DNA of 63,065 nucleotides, counting the filler, from Polymyxa betae A26-41 (Eukaryota > Protista > Endomyxa: Phytomyxea): the NCBI GenBank assembly GCA_003693705.1. It is 8 parts of 8 records of this genome, joined end to end, with 100 filler letters (N's around TTAATTAATTAA, not from the genome) between each part and the next. Parts side by side here need not be neighbours in the genome. Positions count along the whole stretch, not along the records: positions 1 to 9,195 come from RBZT01000310.1; positions 9,296 to 22,917 come from RBZT01000485.1; 6 more parts are not named here. One strand, written 5' to 3'. Shown in pieces: positions 1 to 10,361 of the stretch (position 1 is its first letter; every line of letters starts with the position of its first letter). The translations under genes and the position numbers were made by a program. Below the pieces are notes generated by a model. It was not told the origin of the DNA and made no database searches. It saw only the letters and a program-made list of their open reading frames with translations.

Positions 1-236
1 GATGAGAAACGTATGAATTTTGGAGTTGATCGAAATGGTTGCGTGGAGGCCGCTCCTCGCCATTCATAGTAGGGAGACGAGGGGACCCGCGCAGTCCGTG
101 ACAGTTAGGGCTCTTCCCCTATAGGAATCGTCAGCAGGGGCGCAGCCCTCTCCGCAGTCCCTCAGGAAGGGCCAGTACGACTGCCTGGTGGTCGGCTGGG
201 CGGCTGCGAGTACTGTCATGCTCAATGGGCATGACA
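1..236 (-). mobile_element. Partial LTR, family A (truncated by window start)
   Basis: Near-identical to 34730-34965 and 9296-9539; ends at ...GGGCATGACA like the other copies. Confidence 0.85.
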
Positions 237-619
237 AATGTCTAAAGATGCTGATGCTTCTTTATCAGTTCCATCTTCCTCAAATATTAGCTGACAATAA
301 TGGGAGGCCGGTTTCAGCATGGATATTTTGCTTTCGATATCAGGTCATGGATTCTCAACAAGAAACGAGGATTCGCAATTGGTTGCGCAAATCTCACTTC
401 TTGTTGCGATTTGATATGCAACGAGTTCTACAATGGCATGCACAACAACTCCAAGAAGTCTTGCCGTATCTTTCCTCAAATTTGGTTTAATTAGGGTTTG
501 CGTCGGAAATAAAGTACAGAACGTTTCACACCTTCCGAAATACGGATTAATTCTGCGTCAGCGCCGGCGTATTGACGAGAACAGGTCGCCCTCCCCAGCC
601 CGAATCGACCTAACGGCGG

Positions 620-1090
620 TTGATACAAGCCCGACCGCTTTTAACCCTAGCCCTGACAACGAACAGGTATTTTTGCGAGCGAATGCAAAACACAGCTGAA
701 TTTTTGTTTCCGGTTCTAAAAAACTTACAATATCATGATCGGATGATATGCGAGGACGAAATAGACGCACTCACTGATTGGTTTGGGAGGCAAAAATGCA
801 GCCCGTCGGTTGGGGTTATGATACGAAGCCATTGGCGGACTGCACTCCCAACTGATGCGCTCGTGCCGTTTGAAACGAAAACGCAATCGCAAGCGGAGAG
901 AATTCTCCGCTGGATCAAGCTTCATGAAAATCTCCCCGTAAAAACTTTCTCTCGCCAATTTGGCGGTAATCCTCGGATCTCCATTATCGCTGTTAACCTG
1001 ATTTTGATCAACTCAGAGACAACTACGTGTTGTTGAAACTAGATTTCGACAGCAAGGTGATCTACTTTTACGACTCGCTAAAGCTGGCTG
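620..1090 (+). pseudogene. Ulp1/SENP (peptidase C48)-like remnant, possibly transposon-borne
   Basis: ORF 620-1036 (MICEDEIDALTDWF) continues after a frameshift as NYVLLKLDFDSKVIYFYDSL, resembling the C48 H(W/Y)..L.vD...k.I.y.DSL motif with His replaced by Asn. Confidence 0.45.
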
Positions 1091-1149
1091 GTTGGCCAGA
1101 ATGTATGGAATCAGGCTCAGGCCTTGATGCTCCTTGTCGATCCAGGATC

Positions 1150-1950
1150 GACATGACAGTTCATTGCCGAGTATGTGGGCACGCAAACTGGCTGCGTTAA
1201 TTGCGGGCCGTTTGTGATGGCCCCATGCTTGGAGAGCTTGTATTTTCCTGCATTGCCTAATACATTATTTCAGGAAACGCATATTCTGTGCTTTTGGTTG
1301 TCCTTTGTGTGCTCGGCTGCTTTGTCACGCAGCTTGTAGAGGGTTGCGTCAATGCCCTCGTCTGAATCGTCATTGGCGATTTTGCGTTCGCTGTTAAAAT
1401 CCGGGAGGTGGAGATATGCTCCCTGCTTTACGATTTCTTTGAGAAGAAAACGAATGTTGCTTTTCTTGATTCTAGTGCGCTGGGATGATTGACGGGAATT
1501 TACGCATGGTTTCTAACGGTGCAACAATGGTTGAATAATAGGGGATGATGTCCTGGAAATAGTTCATGGCACCTTGAGAACGTTCGATGTCGTTTCCGGA
1601 CGTCGGCCTTGGCCAATGCTGGACATCGACATACTTTGCGCTTGTACATCGAGAGGCCATGAAGTTCTCACGAATATCACTTGTCGACCAGACCATCTGA
1701 AGACTGTTTCTGTCGGTGACGTTCGTGATCAGGAACGTGCAAAGATTTCTGCTCCAGCCGATCGCGCTGCGAACGGATTTTCTAACACTAATTGTAGCGG
1801 ACTGGCTCTATAGCAGGCTTGAGTCCTCAAGGATCGATACATGCGCGACCAGGCTCGTGCTGGGATCCGTTTTCAGCGCCATTAATAATGGTAGGTTCCA
1901 TTGGCTCCCCCTTAATGGGTCCGTCACTTTATCGTCGTCGATCGATCGAC
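1150..1950 (-). mobile_element. Degenerate Ty3/Gypsy RT-RNase H remnant
   Basis: GAMNYFQDIIPYYSTIVAPL matches the Gypsy RT thumb (FLG..NYFR..IP.YS.I.APL); downstream ANDDSDEGIDATL resembles RNase H TDAS..GIGA.L; several stops. Confidence 0.6.
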
Positions 1951-4900
1951 CATTTTGCTTGGCGCCATGTGGAATGACGTCGAAATATGTCGTCCTTCTC
2001 TGAAAAAACAACCTGAATTCTCGTTCAATCAAAACGCAGCTCGTCAGCAAACCCAGCTTTATGAACTTGGGCAGATTAGCGTGGAATCGGACAGCCTTCA
2101 GCAACAGTTCATGTTAATGCAACGTCGATATGAGAAACTACAGGAAGAGTCGGCTCGGCGTATGATCTGCTTTTACATTTGTTAGGGGATTCGTGACCCC
2201 ATTTGGTAGAAGCAGTCCATCACGTTTCACAACTTACAATAATCAAATTAGGGCTTAGGGTTAGGGTTCATCATGACCAAACCCAAAACGCTGTTACTGA
2301 ACGACCATGGTCGTCATCCGATTCGTTATAGCTCCCTATCTGTCATCTTTCATACAAGCAGGTTTATCATTCGGTCGTTGCATGATTTCATAAGAAGGCT
2401 GGGCTGCGCGATGAAATTGCTCTCAGGCAAAGGTAAGCTGAAAAATGGAGTATCGGTCGGCGACCTTTTCATGTCAAGGCAGTTGATCGAAGCGCAGCCG
2501 GTCGGAATCTAAATCCATAGTGCGATTCGTTTGCCGCTTCTTACCGAATGAAAGGATTACGAAAGAAATCCCACAGATCTTTCACAGCGTCCGTTGTGGC
2601 GGTCCAATTTCGAGCAGCCGGCGATGCATGCGGCCTAATGGTTTCGAGAGCAGATTTCTGACAACCAATACAGAGATGCGGCCAAACCTGCCAACTTTAG
2701 GATGTAGGGAAAGCATTAAAGAAACCCGGAAACGCAGTGAAATTTGGAAAAATTTACAGAATTTTGAAAATATAGTACTGTGTTTGATGGCTCCAACGAA
2801 CGATACCTGCGTAAATTTTTCGTAAAAATATCTAGAATAATGCTTAATATGAATTAGCAGCAAGGAATATCAAAGGCACGTTTGAGATTCTCCACCAATC
2901 TGTATAGCATAATGATCGTAACCGATCTGATGTATTAACGAGGTCCCATTCGTTGACGAAATTGATGCAGGGTATTGGACTGCCAGAGATTCTCATCGTC
3001 GTCGGAGTCGGACAGCTCCAAGATGTCTCCATCACTGCGATGGTTTCCATCCGCGGAATTCTGCCTGTTTTCGGACAGGACCAAGAAAGCCGGCATCGGG
3101 TTGCTGTCATCGTGCAGAAAGCGTTGTCGTGCGATAACGTTGTCGACGAGCGAAACCGATTCCGCATCGCTGTCGTCATCGTCTTCGTCCAAGGACGGCG
3201 ATGCGGTCAATATTATGGCTGGAGCGAATGTCTCGGCGACGTCATGGCTCATGGCCCAGAGCTCCGTTTCAGCCTCAAATTCCTCGATAAAAAACCCAAG
3301 TCCAGTATGCGATCGGTGATTCGCAGAGTTCGCATCTCCAGATCGTGTATCTCAGAGGAGTCCGGAGCGGCCCTGGATGGTCCCGGAGTGTCTTCGGACG
3401 TCTGAAGAAGTTCGGGATCGAATCTGTATGAGGCATGTCAGGGGCTGTCGGATATCATAGAAGATCAGGAGATTTCTGACGCATTTGAACATCGCAGCTG
3501 GATGGTGACAATCAGGACCAGCTGTAGGGATACGTTACATGAGACAGACATGGTTGTAACGACAATCACGAGTCGGAAATGGGAATCAAATTTGCGCTGA
3601 TTGATTTGAGAGAGATTTTTGGGGAAATTTGCCCTAAAATCAGTCAAAAGCCATATTGGCATTGTGCCTTTCTTACTAAGTAGCTGACTGATACATCAAT
3701 AGGGCGTGTTTTGTTACATAGCAAATGCCTTCTTGTATGGCTGATTATCACCTTTTGTCAAGACAGCTAACTATATGTAACGTGATATCTGAATGCCAAA
3801 CAGTTCTTAGGCTGATACAAACCTATTGCGATGTTTATTTGCTATGTAGCATTAGATATGTAACATAAATGGGCTGTTGAAGCAGCCGCCGTTTTTATAC
3901 AAATAGAATATTTCCAACCCCCGAATGTGAAGAGCTGTGAAAAGTGTCCCGTCCTAGAAATGCGTCAGGAGTACATCTAACAGCTCCTGTCTATATTCAT
4001 CCTGGATTTCATCGGTCCATTCCCTCGATATGATGGAATCTGTATCATCAATGTCGGAGGAAACCTCTTCCTCAATCGTCCAATCAACGCGACTATTAAC
4101 GGCATCTTGATAGTCGGCCTGTAGGTCCTGAACCCAGACCACGGAGTCAGTGTCGTCATCGTCATCCGATGTACCTGGAGGTAGTCGAACCGGACCCGCC
4201 ATGGCAGGGCCGGTACGCCGAAGATTGTAGAGGTCAATATCGGATCGAGGCAGGTCCCGACTGAATCTGTAACAGATCGAGTCAGAAACGTGATGAGACG
4301 AGATAGGTGTATCGTTACACTGAGAAGATGTTGATAGCAAGAAGGAAGATGAATAAGTTACGCATTATTACGAAGGAAGGTTAGTTTTTAAAGAACGAGA
4401 ATGAAGCCCATGGGGCGAATGGGGTCGGAACTGGGGCAGATTCAGATTCAAACAGACCGGTTAATCCGATCTATATCTCTACGGACCTTGCAATCAGGTT
4501 GACCACAAAGGTCTTCTTCCGGTGCCTTTGTCTGGGAAGATGCCGGCGCCGTCGTCTGTGAAATACAGTGTACCGATCGGATGAAGAGCTTGGACGAAAG
4601 GGATCGTAATCGTAAGAACAAAGAGCGTCACGGACTGCGTCCATCCCCTTCTCATCATCACAGACATCACTAATTTCATGGTTTAATATACTTTATTCAA
4701 TCATAGTTTTCAATCACCACTCTCAATAATCAGCTTATTATTCAGAGATACGATTATTAATGCTGGAATTAAGATGTGCAGTTGGCCGCCTCTACTTTTT
4801 TCCAGATTGTGTATCTAAAGTGCCGTTCTGCGATCGGAATTTCTGCCTCATGCTCGCCAGCATGATATATTCACAGCTTTACAATGATTGTGGTTACAGA

Positions 4901-5321
4901 TACAGTGCGTGAAGTCTTAAACCGCCAACTTTTGTATGGCAGTTGTCGGGGCTGATTGGGGTCCCCGAATTGTGCCGAAACGAAAACTATTCTCATAAAT
5001 CGATAGAATTCATCATTTAGAAAACAATTACGATTTTTCATAATTTTCTAAAAATAATAAATTCCTGAGTCTATGACGCGGAATATATTTGTACCGTAGA
5101 GTCTCTCATACTTAATCCTCTCATAAATAATAATCTCTGATAACTAATATTTTTGTGATCTCCCGACCATTTTGTATGAGCATCAGGGCTTGTATGGGAA
5201 AACACGTTGTTAAACAGCGCAGCCCTACTCTGGGCCTCCGCGTGGCCGCAACCTCCTTTTCATTCAGCTTCTCATTGGAGCTGTACGACCATCTCTGCGA
5301 ATTTTTTACTCGTTTCTGAGA

Positions 5322-5800
5322 ATGGCTCCTCCCAACAAGCGGCAACGTCGACTTCGGCGTCTGCGCGAAGAAAAGAAGAAGCGAAAAATGGCAAATGAAT
5401 GCGTTGATATGGAGCTAAAAGAGACAATTATTGTCGATGAAGACGAGTCTGATCTTGTTGGAACGACTGAAAATCCTTGCCTTATCCAAGCACGATCGGA
5501 AGACTGCAGTGAATGGAATCCGGCTGCTGAACATCGGATGAGAGCTGCATACACCGGTGACAGCAGAGCGACCAAGTTCCGCAACTTGAAAGGGAAAGAA
5601 CAGCGACATCGCTCAGTTGCGGATTGCCCAAAAATTGAAACATTTTTTGCCAAAACGCCTGGTGCACAGCTGTTCGTTTGGTTTAGTTAGTTCGGTTTTG
5701 AAGCAATAACGGTTTCTTAGGCACGATGTCATCTCTGATGAAAAGTTGGAAGACGGTCGTAACAGCATTGACGCCTGTGAATAAATATTCTTAGCATGAT
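5322..5800 (+). pseudogene. Probable N-terminal fragment of a Tc1/IS630-like (ISRm11-type) transposase
   Basis: Basic NLS-like start and RAAYTGDSRATKFR...KIETFF, recalled from N-termini of this transposase type; no catalytic domain follows. Confidence 0.35.
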
Positions 5801-5919
5801 TTGACTTGATGATATAATGAAGACAAATACTGCTGTCCAAATCATGCCGGAGACAATTTACAGAGGTGCAGATTAAGATAATTCCCAGTCAAGCAGGAGT
5901 GATGATATATTATATAATT

Positions 5920-5992
5920 GGCTGTTTGGTCTAGAGGCTATGATTCCCGCTTTGGGTGCGGGAGGTCCCGGGTTCAAATCCCGGAACAGCCC
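5920..5992 (+). tRNA. tRNA-Pro (TGG)
   Basis: Acceptor GGCTGTT/AACAGCC; anticodon arm CCCGC-TT TGG GT-GCGGG; T-loop GGTTCAAATCC; T7 Pol III terminator follows. Confidence 0.96.
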
Positions 5993-6009
5993 CTTTTTTT
6001 CCGCCAATT

Positions 6010-7600
6010 TTGCATATCCTGCTATAGAACGCTGCCAAAAAATGCATACATATCTGTCAGTTCCTTCCAAAGTTTTGCAAACGATAGCTGGATTGAATTG
6101 GATGTCAACAGGCGGCGCGGAATCCATAGCGCAAGGCCGATATTAAACCGGAACTGGAGAGGAACTCGCCCATAAAGTCACTCTGGGTATAAAGTCCTGC
6201 GATGAAGTTTCTGATTTCAAATTCCTTATATTTGCAGTCTATAGGTTCTTCAGTATCCATGATCTTGCATTCTATGAGATGGGTCCGGTCAGGATAGTCG
6301 GCAAATTGACAACGTTTGATATTCCTTGCAAAAGGTATTTATGCAATTTAAACTTTTCGCTTCGTTTTTGATCAATCTGTCTGATGAAACAAATGGGTCA
6401 TAATCTATCTCTTCATCACCGATTTCTGCGGAATTTGGCAACTTCTTTGATTTCCTCGCTTTGAGCAATCTGTTGATCTGTTTGACTCGGTTTAAAATGC
6501 ACTTCGATTATATTTTCATTTGTTAATTGTGCAAATTGTTCGGCGACGTCTTTAACAACGGCATTTGTTTATTTGAAATTTCTATAGAGGGTGCCTAGTT
6601 GTTGGATGCATGTCATGAGAGTGAATCGGTGAATAGATGAATCTTCCTCTCTACAAGTTCTAGTGGAGGAATTGTATCTAGACCAGTTTGTATTGCTATA
6701 ATTCCAGTTTCGTAGCTAGATACAGCGTTTCTTAGATTTAGGGGTTGTTTGATTGGGGGGTTCAGATATTTGTTCGTGATCTTCATCGTTGGACAATACG
6801 TACGATGGCAACTGTGCCTGTGAGAACGACGCTGTTTTCAACTTGATTCTCTGATTAGACTTCCATCGATCCACATAGCAATACCGGGACTTTCTGGAAT
6901 GAGATCCCCGTTTTGGTGTAATTCCATGTCAATCTCAGGGGTATTGGCGTGGAATTTACATTTACTGAGTCCTTCAAGGGTGTCAGAATCTATAACTTCC
7001 GGTGTATGGATTTTAGAATCGAATTTTTTGCAAGCGTTTTTCAATAGCATATCTATTGTGTCCAAAACGTGTCCATCCGTTTAAATTGCAACCAGCCTGA
7101 TCCCAATTACGGTAGTCATTACCTAATAAGTTCCGTTGTGCTTCGGCTTTTATCACGGTCAGGGTACAGTCGGTCTTTATAGTCAAATCTTTGAGCTGTT
7201 TGAGATCGCGGAGATCATGCTCATTGGAAATGACCTAAGTTTTATCTGCATTGATCTTGGTGTTGTTCTAAGCACACCAACGGACCATTTTACCCAAATG
7301 GTGTCTTAATGTAACTTTTACGTATTGTTTCCTCAGATTTGATCTCCCAGCCTATCGTATAGGTGTAAATTGATGTCGCCTTATTACATCCGAGTGACAT
7401 ATTGTCATAGAAAATATCTCTATAGGCTTCCTTTTTATTAAAACACTCCTTCATGTACAAAACCTTCGTCGTGTATTAATAAGGAATGCATTAGTGTATA
7501 TTAGATCTGACAGATTGTATTATGTTGACCGTGATGGTCATCTATGCAATACTTCTCTCTTCTGATGCCAAATCAAAACGTTATCAGAAGTTCGAAGGGC
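6010..7600 (-). mobile_element. Degenerate non-LTR (LINE-like) retrotransposon: RT end, RNase H and C-terminal zinc knuckle
   Basis: Minus-strand frames give WCA*NNTKINADKT (RT), AMWIDGS (RNase H) and RCQFADYPDRTHLIEC (degenerate CCHC) in LINE order; many stops. Confidence 0.6.
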
Positions 7601-7715
7601 GCAATCCGAATAATCTCTCTGATTAGATAAGGATTAATCTTACGCGAGTCAGAGGTCAATGAAGGCGTTTTCTCCATTGGCAAAATCTCACGCCAAGTCA
7701 ATTATCGCAAAAGCA

Positions 7716-9195
7716 ATGCAGCTGCAGATCCTGCTTCTCTGTATAATAATCTTAAACTGTCTATCCGGAGCGTGGCCAGTACGTCACCGGCATGGTCGGG
7801 ACCGGGCCCCAGACGGACGCCGCGATCTGCTGAGTCCGTATGCTCCTCGACGTCCCCGTGGATCCAACATGACTCGTGATCAACCACCGTCCACAACGGA
7901 TCAACTGCTGCAGAGTGCGGACGTACTGGTCCCCAATCTACATGGTGACCTATGCAATGTAACGTACTTTGGATACGGTTCTGCCCAATGCTGAAAAATA
8001 TTTAATATGGAGTGATGAAGATATCACAGAGATGTGCTCTGAACCAACTTGTTCCTTTGTCAATTCTGTTACCATACAAGATGTACCAACTGTCTGTATG
8101 ACTTCATATGAAGATCGTAAGTAACATTATATTTTCCGTAGTTTGTTTTTTACATATGAAATGCAACATCAAATTTCAGTATGAATACTGTACAGAAATG
8201 ATATCTAATATTCGTCATATATAGAGGATATTCCTGATAATAAGAATCTGGATCTCATTAATATTGATCATATCAAGACATATTCGGACTTAATGAAGGC
8301 TGCTCACATACTAAATCCGAAGTATCAGTTTGCGAAATCTACGATCTCACTAGTCGGGCGGCCTACCAGCGGGCTGGTACGCCTCGAGTTCGTCCATTAC
8401 TGAGCTTGCTTCTCCGTCGCGGTTTACAACAATCGGGGAGCATTGCCTAACAGGTTTTCAGACACGGTCCGCGGTTTTTGGACCCATTCTGTACTTTGCC
8501 AGCTGCGATGTTTAAAGCATTGCGATCAAGGTGATGTTGAGAAATTTCTAACTCGTTTGGGGGGTAAAATCATGAAATCAATCCACTGGGACCTCAGATG
8601 TCCGGTACGGTTTTTGTCAAGCCAGGATTACTCAAGATACATAACTGCCACCTCCAGGAGATGCTATTCTCGGTTTGATTGGAATCAGTTGTTATCTGAG
8701 GCGACTCCTGATCAGATTTTGTTACCTGAAGTTGAACCTGTATCATTAGCAACATGCGACCAATCATCGGACTTCTACACAACATGTGTCAGATGAACTC
8801 ATGATCTGCGATATTCTTCTACACCACATGTGAAACTTTCGACGCTTCTCCGAATCTCCTGGATTCTCAAATAAAATTTCACATATTGAGCAACTGCTGA
8901 AAGGATTGGAATTTCTCTATCAAAACTCATCATGCATCCTTGAGAGCTGAGAAATTGTAACGTTAGTGGTATCTGTCAAATTAGACTGCCAGAAGAAGAA
9001 GCGTTGCTATGAAATACCAACAGATTAATCCGAATAATCCATCCGATTAAATGACAATCAATATTTTGCGGATTGAAGGTCAAGGATCGGAATCTCCCTA
9101 TCGGCAAATCTCACCCAGCTGATTACCAGAACACCAATGCAGCTGGAGCTCCTACTTCTATTCATAATAACCCTAACCTGTCTATCCAGAGCAGG
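7716..9195 (+). pseudogene. Disrupted gene for a putative secreted protein
   Basis: MQLQILLLCIIILNCLSG signal-peptide-like start; GTAAGT donor near 8118; frameshifts; interrupted by the 8350-8508 insertion; 3' end uncertain. Confidence 0.4.
8350..8508 (-). mobile_element. 159-bp non-autonomous Helitron-like element
   Basis: Minus strand begins TC and ends with hairpin TACCAGC-CC-GCTGGTA followed by CTAG; sits between A and T with no TSD; removal rejoins host frame ...KSTIS|CLKHCDQ. Confidence 0.7.
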
Positions 9196-9295
9196 NNNNN
9201 NNNNNNNNNNNNNNNNNNNNNNNNNNNNNNNNNNNNNNNTTAATTAATTAANNNNNNNNNNNNNNNNNNNNNNNNNNNNNNNNNNNNNNNNNNNN
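9196..9295. other. Assembly gap with artificial six-frame stop linker (also at 22918-23017, 32245-32344, 35065-35163, 47993-48092, 54153-54252, 58151-58250)
   Basis: The same N-run TTAATTAATTAA N-run spacer occurs seven times. Confidence 0.97.
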
Positions 9296-9539
9296 GGAGA
9301 CGAGATGAGAAACGTATGAATTTTGGAGTTGATCGGAATGGTTGCGTGGAGGCCGCTCCTCGCCATTCATAGTAGGGAGACGAGGGGACCCGCGCAGTCC
9401 ATGACAGTTAGGGCTCTTCCCCTATAGGAATCGTCAGCAGGGGCGCAGCCCTCTGCGCAGCCCCTCAGGAAGGGCCAGTACGACTGCCTGGTGGTCGGCT
9501 GGGCGGCTGCGAGTACTGTCATGCTCAATGGGCATGACA
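9296..9539 (-). mobile_element. Partial LTR, family A (cut by gap)
   Basis: Near-identical to 1-236 and the right part of 34418-34965. Confidence 0.85.
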
Positions 9540-10170
9540 TATTGACTCTTTTATTAAAGCCAATATTTACTTTCTCTAATTTTTGTTTATACACTTTTCT
9601 TATAGTTTACTGATTGTATTCATGTACAGGTTGGCCATGTTTGGCCTATATTCGAGCAGATGGTCTTCAAGATCGGCGTCCCTATCAAAGGCGGCAGGTA
9701 TTATATCGACTCTGTAATTAAAGCCAGTATTTACTTTCTTTCTCCAAATTTTGTTTATACACATTTCTTCTAGTTTACTGATTGTATTCGTGTACAGGTT
9801 GGCCATGTTTGGCCTCTATTCGAGCAGATGGTCTTCAAGATCGGCGTCCCTATCAAAGGCGGCAGGTACTATATCGATTCTGTTATTAAAGCCAGTATCT
9901 ACTTTCTTTCTCTAAATCTTGTTTATTCATTTTATTGATAGTTTAGTGATTGTATTCATGTATAGGTTGGCCATGTTTGGCCTATTTTCGAGCAACCCGT
10001 CTACGAGATCGGCGTCCCTATGCCGCAGGTAATATATCGACTCTGCTATCAAAGCCTGGATTTACCATCTTTCACTAATGTTTCTTTATTCACTTCACTA
10101 ATATTTTAGCGATTGTATTTATGTATAGATTGGCCATATTTGGTATGGTATTCGAGATGTTGGCCAGCGA
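9540..10170 (+). repeat. Tandem repeat, about 168-bp unit, roughly 3.7 diverging copies
   Basis: AG(G/A)TTGGCCAT(G/A)TTTGG recurs near 9628, 9796, 9964 and 10127 (periods 168, 168, 163). Confidence 0.9.
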
Positions 10171-10361
10171 TATTTATTATCTTCGTTTGCCTGCCTTCTT
10201 CTGTTTCTATTTTGAATTATGTTCTTTGTTATCTCCTTTTTATCTTCTTTCTTCATTGGCGGAAAAATTCACAATTGAATTCTAATAAAGTCTAGCATTG
10301 ACCCCTACTATAGTTTGCTTTTAAGATGCCTTTTCTTCCATTCATGTTTGAATATCTAGCA

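Noticed and set aside
168-182. GGGCCAGTACG motif recurring at about 170, 23153, 31935 (reverse), 47634 and 60535
   Set aside because: Short, found in unrelated coding and LTR contexts with no consistent position; cannot be distinguished from chance.
9196-9295. Recurrent TTAATTAATTAA palindrome
   Set aside because: Always centred in N runs; an artificial six-frame stop linker, not biological.
9540-10170. CRISPR-like array or Penelope RT repeat (minus-strand PNMANLYM)
   Set aside because: Whole units are homologous with no unique spacers and no cas genes; substitutions are non-synonymous in the minus frame.
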